64,000 nucleotides of DNA, from NCBI GenBank assembly GCA_030141605.1, contig JAQGDQ010000005.1, forward strand, positions 310,001 through 374,000, written 5' to 3'. The DNA comes from Tubiluchus corallicola. Taxonomy: Eukaryota > Animalia > Priapulida. Position 1 is the first letter of the stretch, and each line of letters begins with the position of its first letter. Below the pieces are notes generated by a model. It was not told the DNA's origin and did not search any database. It saw only the letters and a list, made by a program, of their open reading frames with translations. The translations under genes were made by a program, and so were the position numbers. Shown here piece by piece: positions 37,901 through 52,000 of the stretch.

Positions 37901-40383
37901 ACTTGCTATATTTGTGCAACTCTACTTGTCATGTATAGAATAGCAGCATTGGTTATTTTTTTTGTTTAAAATTTTCCAAATAATTTTCCAAGACATTTCA
38001 CCCCTTGTAGATCATCATCAGCTATGATAAAATTGAATCTAAAATTTAAAATGTTACCTTTTAAATTTTGTATTCAATTTTTTCACAACTGACGCCGATC
38101 TATGAGGCTTGAAACAGCCTGGAAAATTATGTTGATGCCTTCAAATAAATTCATGATCGTTGTTAAATGCCTGATTTGGTTATTTTTGCATTTTGTTTTT
38201 AGTAAGCACAGTGTGCTATCATACAAAATTGTTAATAACATAAAATCGATTTGGTACTCGTTACAGCGGGGTCATACGCTTAAAAGTGAAACCTGATAGA
38301 CTGTGAATAGATAAATAATTACAAATTAAATCAGTATTTTTAAAGTCAACTTCAAATCAGATAATTTTTCCTTTGCTTTAGTAGTTTGGTCTTTTTAGAG
38401 TGTGTAGTTCTAAAGTGATATTCTACACTTGGTAAATCAGTAGAGCTTGATACTGATAAGTTACTTTTTGTTGTTGAATAATTGCCTGGAAGAAAGTTTA
38501 CTATTGAGTTTTTCTTATGTCCAGTTTACGAATTCCTAATTAAGTTACTTTGCAGAATCAAATGAATTGATCATTTCAAAAAGTACTTCATTTTATTAAA
38601 CATCAGTCTATGTTCCTAAATTTAGCAAATCCAGTTTTACTGGTGCAAATAGTGTGAGATAAATAAATAAAAAGTAGCAGATTATAGCATTAAATTAATG
38701 ATTACAGTTTTGTAATTTAACACATGGGGCCTATAATCGTATGATAAGGTTATAGAAAAGTTTCTAAGCATATAGCAGTTTTGTTTGAAGTTATGTGGGC
38801 TTTTGTCTCCTTTTGATTTCAGGAGATTGATCATGCCAATGAAAGGATAAAGAAAGACCCCAACAGTTAGCTTTGGTTTTATCACAGTAATATTGCTGTT
38901 ATTTGGAAGCATCGTTGACAGCTTCCAAAGTAGAATTACAGTGTGAAGATTTTTCAGTGTTATTTAATTGTATTTAATTTTGTCTTGTTTGCACTGTTAG
39001 TTTTAGCATTTTCTAAATCTGCTAAATCAATATGGTTTTAAATGTTTAGTTAGTTGTACTAGAATTTAGCAAAGATTTTGCTCATTAGTTAAATTTATGT
39101 TTACCATTCAAAATGACATGGCTTCTTAAAAAAACCTTTTGCATCGTACATATACAAAATTTTTTAACCAAGTGTAAACCGGAGGGCTTCTTAGGCATGG
39201 GCAAAGTGAATATAGCCTAGTTTCTTTTCTGAGTACTAAACTTGAAACCACTTTTTTTAACAATATTGTAAGGAAATTTTTTGATAATGTGTCAAAATAG
39301 CATCTCAAAGTATTTAGTCTGAAAATAATGTTTAAGGTTTCTTCGTCTGATTTAATTCTTCTATTTGTTAATGTTTGATGGGTTCTTTCTGCCTTCTGCT
39401 GTATTATAAACAATTTAAACCTTTGTAGTGTTACTATCTTTTAAAAATCAATGTGAATCTCTAGTTGTTAGGCTGAGGATATTTTGTTATTTGGCTTCAA
39501 TATTTAGGTGTCACAGTTTCACAGGAAGTTGAAAGCCAGTTCAGGTGAGCATCTCTCTGCATTGCAGAATCAGTCGTTGGATCAACCAAACATCAGTTTT
39601 TGTCAGTTGCTGCAGGAAATTGCTCTAGAGCAGAATTTTGAGGTCACTTATGTGGATGTGGAAGAAAAGAATATACGTGGTATGTGGCTGAATCATGCTG
39701 CTTTTATTTTTGATCATCTGTTGTAGCATTTACATCAGTCGATTTTTCTCATAATTTTTAACTAAGAAATTGCAGAAAGCATACATGTTTCTCGATGTTG
39801 TTGCCTTGTAATCGTTAGGAAAATAGTGAGCTGTAGCGTTGCAACTCTGTGTTTAATTAATTTTGGCCGATGGCCCTGCTAGATTGAAATCATTCTGGAC
39901 CAAGTAATATTTGTAATTTTACTACATTGGTGTATAAGTATTCGACTGCTATTATGCAGTTTTGAAGCTACTCCTCGAAACATCTGTATGGGGGCGAATA
40001 ATGACAGATTTTTATTTTGGACAAGAATGCCTTATTTGTTAGGTGCAAAGTGTGTAAACCACATAAAATAACATAACATAAAGCAGTACAAGTGGTTTTC
40101 GAAACATTTTTATGGACATATTATTCAGTTTCTACATTTCCGTATCAACTCTCCTAGTTATTTTTGTCTGATACTCATTTGTGTTAAATTGTTGCTGAGT
40201 GTGTAGCATATAATACGAAGAATTCTATTTAAAATTTTCATTTTAGGTTTACATCAATGCCTTGTGCAACTTTCTACTCTTCCTGTTGCTGTCTGTCATG
40301 GAGTTGGTCCAACCAGTGATGAAGCACAAGCGCAAGCTGCACATAATGCTCTGCATTATTTGAAAATCATGACAAAGAAATAA
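31958..40383 (+). CDS. TARBP2: RISC-loading dsRNA-binding protein, TARBP2/PACT/Loquacious family, about 333 aa, 7 coding exons
   Basis: Exons 31958-32110, 36257-36363, 36663-36871, 37158-37279, 37561-37662, 39508-39679, 40247-40383 join in frame (1002 nt). dsRBD1 KTPISMLQE...HEPTF...GQGSSKKKAKHAAA; dsRBD2 NPVGALQE...PHEREF...GKGRSKKLAKREAA; Dicer-binding dsRBD3 QCLVQLSTLPVAVCHG...AAHNALHYLKIM. Candidate polyA signal AATAAA near 42597. Confidence 0.93.
32281..32932 (+). mobile_element. Kolobok-like MITE, copy 2
   Basis: TTAA|AGGACAAGAAAA ... TTGTCTTGTGCT|TTAG. Aligns end to end with 5859-6586. Confidence 0.8.
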
Positions 40384-43300
40384 TACATTTGGGGTAGCAG
40401 ACATGTTTTACTCTACAGTGACGGTTACATAAATGTGGACCAGTGTAAGTTTCTGGTTTTATAAGTTTTATGAGTGGTTACCTGTTGATTTTCATGATCA
40501 TGATGTCACTTTAGTCATTCAGTCTGGTTCACTTGTGTGCAAAGAAATTACAGTGTAATTTTGCCTAGCCACTTATAGTCAGAAATCCTGTATTTTTGTT
40601 GAAAACATTGCAAGCACTTAAAATGGCCATCGTCGATTCTTACTACTCAAAGTGGTTGCTTTGTTTAATGGCATTTTTCGTCACGTGCAGGTCGTACTGG
40701 TCCGTTTTAAGTGATTGTTCTTGTATTGCTAAAACACATGTTGATTTTGGGTAAATCGATAAGTCTGTTCTGGTTTTAACAAAAAAACAACAGCGAGTAA
40801 CTGCTTGAAAGTAAATTTCATAGCTTTCAAAGTCCACAAAATAAAAATTATGTGCAGGAGTATTTCTGGTACTGATTTCAGATGAATAATAATAATAATG
40901 TAATAGTTTCACTGAATGCATTGTATGATGACATTTGACATTATTTTATGTTTCCCAGCTGCACTACATCATTTATTTTATAATTGGTTTGCAGTTCATA
41001 TCTTCAGGTTTGCATTTAGACTTAAAAAGTCTGTGATGTCTGTTTTGGACTGCATATCGATATAGGTGCTTCTGTGTAGGCTTCATTTTTTATTATTTTA
41101 AAAAAGAGGATATTACTTTGCTACGTGGGAAACAATTTTACAATGATCAAAAATATCATTGACAATGTAAACAACACCTGCATTCTTAAATTGTTTTTGC
41201 AGTAAAAGGGTGTGAATGTTTGCATTGCCTTGGAAGTATTATTTAACTTGATATTGCTATCATAAGATAAAAATTAACAGTAAACTGTTCACCTCTTTAA
41301 AAACCGAGCTTAACTCCACAAAACAAAAGCAGTTTAATTGAGCAGTTGGGCTACTTAGCTGTCCTACTGTCTTACTTAGTTATGCTTCCAGTTTAATGAC
41401 AATTACATGTTATACAATGTTGTAATGAATTGTGTGATTGTGTGTTATTATAATTATCTGCTTGGGCGAATTTTTAAAATTTTTGGCTTGTGGTAGTTCA
41501 ATTTAGCTGGGATGTTGCACATAGTTGCCCGTCCTTGTAATCTTTCTCTTACTGGTCCGGAAGTCATGCCACTAGCCTATTCTTTTCAACGTTCGTCTGG
41601 GCAAGTACTTATAACTGTACTGCAAAGACTGTGATCTACGAAATATTGTTCTTGTGGGTTTGGAACTGAAATCATTTGTCAGCTGCGTTGTGCTAAATGT
41701 CAAATTTAACGTTTAAAAGTTAAAATAAATTCTGGTCTGGCACTGATTTAAACAGCTAATTAACATGCAAACTTTAAAGCATATCATATTTTAGCTGTTG
41801 TTTAGAATTTCTTTGTGAACAGGGAAAACACTTTTTTTAGGAATAATACCTCATTGTGAATTATATCATTATTATGAATTGCTATATTTGTGACTAGCAG
41901 AAAGTTTTAAACCAGCAGCGACATTAAAAAAATTGCTGGCTCAATTTGATTAATTCTGTTTTGTTAGTTGTAGCAAAATTATTACAGTTGTTACTATAAT
42001 TGAATGATAAAATCATGTTTTTGTTTTTTAATGATTGAAATAATTTTTTATGTTTGAAAGTTTTGCAAATTGGTACATGTACTTAAAAAAGAGCATTTTA
42101 GTCTACAAGAGGAAATATTTTCACCGGTGTCCTTTTACGTCGTTGACTTTTGTAATTTATTGAAACAACTTAAAATTATGTTATGTGATTTGAAACGTTG
42201 GCTCTTAAACAAATACATGTATCTGTAGTTGTACCTATTTCAGTATTGCATGGTTTTCACCTCTTTAGTTTAATGGTGATGGTAAAATTGGTGTTTCACC
42301 AAGTCTCACTGCTAGATGTGATATTGAATCAGTCATTTTGTTTGGTGTTCATAATAATCATGTGTTAAGGCTGACAGGTAATGCAAAGTTCCAAATTGCA
42401 CAAGTTTGTAATCTCTGCATTTTTTGTGGCTGCATTGTCATCATGGGTTGTTAGTGATTAGGGATAAGCCATTAGATCAGGAGAGGTCAGCTTTACACAA
42501 CAATTATGTTATAAGTTATATGTTCTATATCTTTCGTTTTAGCTTTAATGTTTGCCCTCTCTTAAAATGATGGTGTATCTCTCATGGTTAATAGCAAATA
42601 AAGATGCATTGGAAGTTTTTCCTTGTGCTTTTTATTTCAATGGCATTTTGTGTGAATTTGTTAGTTCCACTTTAGATGTACATGTGTATACAGACCTAAA
42701 ACCTTTGTTAGTTTTCACAAAAGTAATATAGCGTATACCAATGTTTTGAACTTGCATGAACAATGCTGTCATAATTAGAGTTAAGCGAGTGAACTCGTAG
42801 AGATCTTATATTTTTTCATAAATAATTATCAGTTAATTATAGTTTTAAACTTTCTAAGATTAGTTTGGCATTCCACTTATTCACTCGTTCGGAAAACCCG
42901 AATATTAAGGCACGGAGTATTTTTCTAAAATTTATGTCCTAGTTTTTTAATTAATACTGTATAAGTAGACTAGAAAATAGGAAATATTCCATGTCAGTAT
43001 CTTATAAACACGTACAAGATCTCTGCAAAGTTGAAAGGTGTAAAAATTATAATTTCTACTGCGACCTTTCTGTTTATGAGAGGTTCTTTGCAACCAAATA
43101 TCATTCCGTGGAATGCATTTAAACTGCCTCCTTAAGTAGCACATATTTTTGATAATATGTTAACCCAAATCGCATTAAATGCTATCGCATGATTATTCCT
43201 ATTACATTAGAAGTGATATTGCTTGGAAATTATTACCCCATATTAAGCCTATACTGAAACAGTTGGCTTCATCATTTTGCAACTCATAATGTAGGTTAAT

Positions 43301-43929
43301 GCTAGTTTACGTGATTTTCACCGATTATGTAGCTAATGTGACGCTTATTCCTTGTTTCGAATGGGCAAGGCTAACATTCGTGTCATTCCTTACCTTACCT
43401 TGGGATACCGTAGGATGTTTAGGCAAAGTAAAAAGTTCTAGCCAAATCTTGCATATATGTCAAACGTCCGATCCTTATTGAAGCCTTATAGTTATAATTG
43501 TAGACTAGACCTCTCAAAGCCCCGTGCTTTTCCAGCCTATTTAAGAATGTATTTATATTAGGTGCAGGTACCACTTGTTAGACTACTCCAGATGTTAATG
43601 GTCCTGCTCGAAAAGCTGTACAGACGTACCGATTTATTTGCTCTACTCTTATATAGCTTCAGATGATGTCCTCTTGCTGAAGTTCGATGAACTTATGCCC
43701 TGAGACGTAGCTTGGGACTAACAGCCGTGTCGTACTTTTGCTGCAGGTTTTATCCGTTTTTATCTTGTCACCTCTATGTTGTCTGTAAGCCAGCGGAGGT
43801 TATTTTAGCTGCCTGAGTTTCTCTTCATATGGTAATCCTTTTAAGTCGATTAGGGTTCTTGTGTTAGGGAACTCGTCCGTAAACATGTTGATTCCTAGAA
43901 GCGGGCTCTTTTGTGTATATAATAGAGAA

Positions 43930-46110
43930 ACTTACAGAAAACACGTTTTTAACAAGAGAAATAACGAGAAAAAATGACAACCTGGTAGAAAAATTAAAAA
44001 TGAGAACGTTGGTAAAAGAAAATAACGAAAACATAAAATAACTAAAAGATCAAATGGGTGTAAAATTTGATATTTTATTTCAAGTATAAGCATTTTAAAG
44101 TAATTACGCTAATTGTTGATGGATTTAAAAAGTATTATAGAAGAAATAGCCTAGTGCTTGTTGACTCATTGTGATAAAGATGAAACTATTCAGTTACAGT
44201 ATGTTCCAGTTTTTATTTAAACAGAAATAAATTAGGGGGTGATGTATCACTGGCAATTAAAAATGTTAGTTAATCAACAGTCGTATATTAAAGGTGAAAT
44301 AAACTGGCTATTAAAGTTTAATAACAATAGAATAAAAGCACGCATTCGGTTTATGTATGCTCCCGTAGAGAGTAGAACTACAAGGAGGGAAATGAAACAG
44401 ATGTCTGATGAAATTAGGTCGCAAATTAGTACAGCAAAAGATAACAAGCAATTTCCAAAAATAAAGAAAACCCAATTAAACGGGATAAGTAAAATGTTAA
44501 AAGGTACAAGAAGAAAATTTGTTTATAGCCAGTAGTTTACCCTATGTGCCTATGTATGGATTAGATCTGAGGGGGGAATAAATCAATCTTAGAATATATT
44601 TTAGTAGAAGAAAATGTGAATGCAATAGAACGTATTTTGACAATTATAGTATTTTTGCTGAATTCAACTGGCTGGAAATAAGTAAAATTATAAGGAATGA
44701 AAACAACACAATTTTAATGTTATAAGCAAAAAGAGATTACAAAATTTAAAAAGCCTTTCAGCAAAACTTGTTTTTGTGTGTGTTTTGCAGTGATAGATGA
44801 AAAGCTTACGAAATATACAGTGAATGGATTAAAGCGGTTCAGACATTAAAAATAAGGAGTATTAGTAGTTAAAAAATCATAATGCAAAAATTAAAAGACT
44901 AAGGCATGCAGTTAATAAAAGTTAAAAAGAGTGAAAGGGAAGTCTATAGTTTAGTGAAAACAAAAACAATTAATCCGAGGAGTGAATTAATTGATGGCTA
45001 ATTATGTTAATAACCCACCACAGAACAATACGGCATTAAAAAATTTAAAGAATTTAAGTTTATCGGTGAATTACTGATAAATTCGATGCTAGTTCTTTTT
45101 TCTGACAATTTCAGAAAAACTTAGATAAGCCTAAAATGAAGAGAAAGGAATGCAATGAGAGACGATCATCGTATTTTGAGAGAACCGAGGGAACTAAACT
45201 CGATTTATAAAGCAAAGGATAAGAAACAATACATGTCTAACAGGAGAGGAATTCTCGTTACAAACATTGCAAGTCAGATTTTTGAACGAGTTTGAACTGA
45301 ATCGGGTATAAAATTTGCGAATGTTACACAAAAATACCAATGTGGAGGAATGAGAGATAGAAGTGCAGTGGATCATATATTGCCAGCAAAACATGTAATC
45401 AATATAATACATTGTGGAATATAATGACCTAAATTTTATTTTCTGGCATTGACTATTTTGATCATTTGCGGCTGGAGAATACTTTTACTGAGATGTGGTT
45501 CGAGATCCAATCGGGCTTCCTGTTTATACAATAGGTATATTATTTAGAGAGAATGAACTTGCTAATGAAATAATAAAAACATCTATATAGGACTAACTGA
45601 GGAAGTGTAATTGAATGAATTATGTTTGTATAAAAAGACGAAATGAAAGGAACAATCGTTAGTCCAAAATTAAGAGTCAATATGTCGTGTTTTATGGGAT
45701 AAGTCGGTTTTATGGGAAATATAGTCGGAATAAGTGAAAAAGACGTAATTGAAAATGATGGTTGAAGGCTACAGATTTAGAAGTGAATCAGAATAATGTG
45801 ACTAAAGCAGAATACATGAGGACTCAAACAAGTAAAAAGAAAATAATTCCAGCTATTGAAGAGACGGTAATAAATGCGAGTATTCAAGAAACACACGAAT
45901 ATACTCGGGTGATTGAACGAACATAAAAAAACAGGTATGACACTTTACCTGAAAAGCATCATTTTTAAATATAAATAAGAAAATATAAAATATATAATTT
46001 TGTTGGCATTGCCAGCTATATTGTATATAGTTCTGAAGAGTCATTAAAATTATGCAGACATTAAAATTAGACGATATGAGTGAGTTGAACTGGAAAGATT
46101 CCATCATATT
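43930..46110 (+). mobile_element. Heavily decayed RTE-like LINE (APE endonuclease and reverse transcriptase remnants)
   Basis: IRFMYAPVES (APE YAP motif, near 44345); LNSIYKAKDKKQYMSNRRGILVTNIASQIFERV (near 45194-45292) and QCGGMRDRSAVDH (near 45339-45377) are non-LTR RT motifs. Many stops. Boundaries approximate. Confidence 0.65.
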
Positions 46111-49001
46111 CACTAAGGCAATTACTAAATCTTAGTGACTCTATTTTTTATTGGAGAGCGCTATTATTGAGTTAGGACTGCGGCCATTGTTGCAAAAGGT
46201 ACATGACAGACAACTAGTAATACTTTGATACATAATGATACCATCAACTAGGAAACATTGATCAGAATTTGCGATTTTATTATTTACAAACTGCATAAAT
46301 TTGAGAAAAATGTTGGATTCACTTTATCAAAACTTAAATTCAAAAGTAATAAACGAAAAGATGTTCAAAGAAACACTACCTGATTCGAAATGAAGCGGGT
46401 TCAGCCACAGAGCTCCATGGTTCCGCCTACTACCAGCATCTTGCTGCCTCTACTCGATGGCGCCACTTTAATACATGATCAGTAATCGATTAAAATGTCG
46501 TTGCTTCTCTGTTGTGTTCACTGCAGCCTTTTATCTAAAAAATAAATTTGTGACTTTATAGGTAGGCGACGATAGTGCCTGGTGTAAGTTCGTTTGCTTT
46601 TATTGTAGGAATTTGGGAAACTGTGCCTCGTGCTCTCAAAACTGATGCCGCGTCCATATTGCATGCTATTCTTTTTATAATAACCGCTTTTCATCGTTGA
46701 TGGGGAACGGTGGGGTGTTAGAAAATTGCAAATGGCTACAGTGTCACGCATAATAGTGGTACGAAAAATCACTTGAGTAAGTTGAGTTTGGGAGCTCAGT
46801 CTTCATTCTTGAAATAAAGCCGAGAATTAAGAGTAGAATAAGACTGGAATTGCAGGGCTTAAAATCTATTTGGATCCAGGATTGTCCCTGTGCAACTAGC
46901 AGTAGCAATGACTAATTTGTTGCCCAACCGCTAAGGAGATTCATTACCAATCTTGAGAACGAAAGGTGACGGTTTTTGAAACTACTTCTAGTTCCAAGTT
47001 CCTGTGTAAAAAAAGGAACCAGTTCAAGTTCCTAGTTCCACCAATGTATTACATTAGTTCTAAAAGTATCTAGTTCCAGCTCTATGTTCTCTGTGGAAAA
47101 AGGAATTAGTTCACATTCCAAATTTGAATGATAATAGTACAGGTACAATAAAACACTAAAAGGACAGCTACCCATAAGTTGGTAAATTAAAAACAATCAT
47201 TCTCCAAAGTACATACCCATCAAAGCACTTGTTCTGGCCAGTGTTGCTAAACTATTGAAGGTAGAATGAGGTCATAATTCTGATAAATAAACGTTTTCCA
47301 ATTTCTAAAATATTAGTATATGTACTACTGCTAGTACTAGGTGAGCAAACAACCAAAGTAGCATTAATTAAAGTATATTGCATAACAACTGTTCTATATA
47401 GGTAGCCCCTAAAACAGTTGAATCAGCAAAATAACCTTGCACTTAGACTGGCAAAATTATAATGCAATCTGCAAATGCAGCCTGGCATGGTGTTACAAAA
47501 TATTTAAAAATACATTTATATGTTTACTTTCAACTCCTTTTTTCATGACTCAGCATACATGTTTGCCCACTTTTGCTAACTACAAACCAAATTTTTTTCT
47601 TTTGGTTTTAGGACCCAATAATAATAGTAATCTTAGATATATAAAATCCGAGTTTAACTTAATATTTAAAGATATGTCTCATCTTTTCTTTCCCGTGATT
47701 GAACATTGTTGTATTAGAAGCTAAAACTCTTGTATCAAATAGTCATAAATGCAAAATCTGATAATTTTTAATTTCATGGTATATGAAATTCTGTCATTCT
47801 TAATTAATTATTTTAGTAACAATTCTGAGAGGGTGCCTGACCTTGATAATGACAGCATTACTATATTATGTCTTATCACTTCAAGTTCATTTTCAGTGTA
47901 AAATCTAACGTAACGCTTGCCACGCTTTTTTTTCATATATTCTGTTTATACATCCCAACCAGAAGCGATATTTTTGTGCATTTCAAAGTATCATAACTTT
48001 TCCAAAAACCTTGCAGTGACAATTCTTGGTCAAAACCTGTTGGATTCGTGGCTTGTGCAGAGACGGTTTGGAGATAGTATGCTGTAATGTGGCAATCAAA
48101 CCTTGATCCATAACCTGAATGAGTGGTGTTGTGTTGGTTGGTGGCAAATACACGTCCTTGACATCAACAAAATTTTGAATTGAATTCCCTTCTCCAAACA
48201 GCGCTCACAAGTCACAAAACAATTGAGAAACTTTAAAATTAATAAATTATATTTTCTGGGGAGATCGTTTAGATCTGGTGGGATTGTGAGTTAGTGACAT
48301 TTTACCAGTTGCCACAAACGTAGTAAGTTACTAAGAACTTTCTTTTCCAGTTGCATATTCACTTTATTGCTAAAGAATATAACTTTGTATAAAAAGTCTT
48401 TTGGGACATACTTTTAAAGGAAGATGGAATGATTTTTCATATACTACCCCATTTTCAAGTTCTATAAAAAGTATACATTTTAATGCAATTAATACTGCAG
48501 TTTGTTCTATTACACTACATAAAGTTAAAATAAAAACAAACACAGTAGGTGATCAGTTGATGAATCAAATTCTTTTAAGTAATTTGCAAGAACTGAGAAT
48601 GCAAACTATTAATAAAGTTGTGCATGGGTTGAGTATCAGTTACATAAATCTTGATCGGCCTGAGTGCGCTGCTGGTACAGAACTGAAGTTTTTTTTATAG
48701 AAATTGCCTCAAACAAAAAGCTGAAAGTGCTAATCTTGCTAAGCAAATTATAAGCAGATATTTATCTCTTTATAAATTACGAAGTTGCACTCTCAACTGT
48801 TGTATCTATGCATAGTTTTCTGCCGCCTTTGGAATTACGTGTATTGCATAGCTATAGAAATGTATATATTTATAAGTTTGAGATCTTTATGGCTAATGTT
48901 ACAAATAAAATATCTGTCATTAAAAAACATACAAAAACATACAACAAAAATTGGTTATTAAGCGTGAGAGTTGATAATGGTTTGTTTCATTAATAGGTGT
49001 C

Positions 49002-52000
49002 ATGGCTTTACAAACTAAAGTGACTGTGCCAAGTTCTTCAGGCCTCGGGTTAACTGTTCCTGAAAGTTATTCTTCCACACAGCAAGTAAGAGAAACTGGC
49101 CTGCTGAGTACTGCGTCAGCCAATTGCTCTCATTTTTCTTGCAATGAGAACCCATACGTAGCTGACGAGGAAGGCAAAGTTCTTGATTCTGTCTACCAAC
49201 GTGCTGTTTCATGCAATTATTACCAACAACTTCCTTCAATGTCACATTTACCACCAGGGTAATTATTTTTCATATTGATTAATTTTACTGGAACATTTTA
49301 TATGAAGTATGTTTATAAAATCAAACATACTGCTAACTCCTAGGGAATAGTTTTATTTTAAATTTCGTTAACATGCAAACTTGAACTTAAGTAGGCTGCT
49401 TCTCATAGTTCTTTTAAGTAAGACTATGTTTACAATTATTTATCTTTACGTTTGTGAGCAGTATATGGATTTAATGTAAGCTGCTGATAAGCTTTCAATG
49501 TAAATTAAATTAATGTTTTAACAGTAGTCTTATAAATAAATAATTTTCTTTAGAGCTACCTATGCTTCGGGCGACGTTGGTCAAATACCAAGTTATGCCT
49601 ATACACCAAGTGCTTCTAATATTCCCAATGAGGTGGCAACCCATTTTGCTATTGTGACTCCAAACACAAATGGTGATAAAGATCCCAAACATAACATGAT
49701 TTCTACGTTGTCTGAGACTCTTTATATTCCACCTGGACAGCAAACTGCAGTTATGTTAGCTGAAAACTTGGGAGACCATGCAGGTATTTTTTAAAAATGA
49801 TTTAATGATTTTGTTACTTGAGGGACAAACTTTTTTTATTGTATCCATGGAGGATTTATGCTCAAGAATAGACCTTTATCCTTCATTTATTTACCACGAT
49901 GATTATTTTACCACGTGTGAGATCAAGTTGAACAATGTCGGTTACCAATCAGTTTCATAATTGTATTTAACCTATAACTTTGTCTATTTTTTTCATAGTA
50001 GGTGGTATATCATATACTGTTGTACCTTCTTCAAATGCTGCACAGCAGCTTGATCCTGTAGCATATGCCATCGCCGAAATGGAAAAAGCTTCATCTCCTG
50101 AAGTACATCAACAACCAGAATCAGAAGAATCAATTAAGGAAAAGGTATTGTTTCATAACATATAGCCAAAACATATGAGAAGATATATGGATATATGGAC
50201 AACTAAGAAAACAACTAAAAAAGTCTATATTAGAACCCAGTAAAATTTTGTGTAAAAGTTTTTTGTTGACAAATGGACAGGACCGTTTGGCTGGACTCGG
50301 TGGTTATAGATCATATAATTTTGAAAAACATAGAAAGATTATTTTGATTTTTGAAGTACAAGTTTAACACTTATTTGTTTTTCTTCTTAGGTGTTAGAGG
50401 CAAGAGCCATCATGCATGAGGTAACAGATAAGCAGATAAAAAGGGAATTAGACAAAGAAATTAACGAAACAGTCTACCTTCCTGGTGAGACTGATGATTC
50501 TCTTACTAGTGACCCTGCAGCAAAAGACACTTCATTATCGGTAAGCCTGTAATTACTAACAATTTTAATTATTGTTTTACAATAGAACTTTTAAACTGTG
50601 ATGGATTCCTCTTTTATGTGTTTTACCAAATTTTTTTAAACATAAATTACAACACAAAAATAAATTACCAAGTGGATATCCAATTTTTGTGTTTAGGTGT
50701 TTACCCACGTAAAAGCAACCCTATCCAAGGCGGTATTAGAAACAATACCTGGGACCAAATGTAACTTTTTCAGCAGACTCAGAAAAGCATTTCAGGTCAG
50801 TGGTGTTGAATTACATTTACTTTGTAACTGCTATTATATACTCTGCAGTGAACATATCAACTGCTGTGTCTGTTGCGCAGAAAATGAATTCCTTTTAATT
50901 ATTATAAAAGCATGCTTAGATGAATGAGAGAATAAGGAGTGCTTTCTCAAATTTTGTAGTGATCCATATACCAGAGAAAATGATATTAAGACAGTTGTGC
51001 AACAATACTGTTTTGCTGCCATTAAGTGTTTGATTCCATTTTTTACAAATTTTCAGCAGATTGACGACATCTTGACTTTATTGTTATATTTAAGGTGACT
51101 CTTAAAAACGAAGATGACGGAGTTTCGATAAATGGATCATTTATCCACGTTTTAGAAGCTCAGCGATCGTTAAGACAATTATTGATGAACTGTGGCAGCT
51201 CTACAGAAGTTGTCGATGACCAACGTGACTGTGCAGTTCAATGCGAACTTGACATGCTTGACAAGCAGAGAGGTTTCATAATTTAATTGCATTTTTCTAT
51301 TATATTTATAAGCGCAACTTGCATATGTTCATAATGGTTGCTGCTCCTTTACATCATTTTCCAGAGTATTTCATGATTTTGACAATGGATTTCGTTTTTC
51401 TACAATGTATTTCAAAAGATAAATGATGGATTTTATTTTTATACAATGTATTTCAAAACTTTGTCAAAGGATTTCATTTTTCTTCTACAATGTTTTTCAA
51501 AACTTTGTCAAAGGATTTCATTTTTCTTCTACAATGTTTTTCAAAAAATGCACATTGAATTCTCTTAATTATACAATGTGCTTCCTAATATTGACAATGA
51601 TTTCTAAAAGTTGTACTTTACAATGATGATGCTGCTGATGACGATGACAGTGATTATGGTGATGATTCATTGATAATGATGACAAACTATGCTATTGCTG
51701 TTCCTTTAACTACAGATGATGCTCTAGTTGCAAAGCTTTCAAGTTGTTTAATTGCGCAAAATGTTAAAAATGGTTTGCCAGGCTACCCTATTCAGATGTA
51801 ATAACTGCTACTGGTAAACCTTTTCTTCATATTTTAGGGACTCCTTAAATCCAAAACTGTGCATCTTGTAGCATGTTTGTTGTACACTTAAAAGGACCAT
51901 TAAGCTGTCATTGCCCCAATTATGTGATTGTTTGGTCCCATTGATGTTCGTGATTCGCAGGTGACTCTTCTGCCTTTTCTGAACTATACAAACATTTGTC

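Noticed and set aside
43510-43522. CCTCTCAAAGCCC shared with the start of the hnRNP K coding exon
   Set aside because: Isolated 13-mer with no flanking similarity; compatible with chance in 64 kb.
43660-43715. ATGATGT...CTGA...CTGA box C/D-like arrangement
   Set aside because: Only about 45 nt, imperfect box C, no terminal stem, intergenic and next to a LINE remnant.
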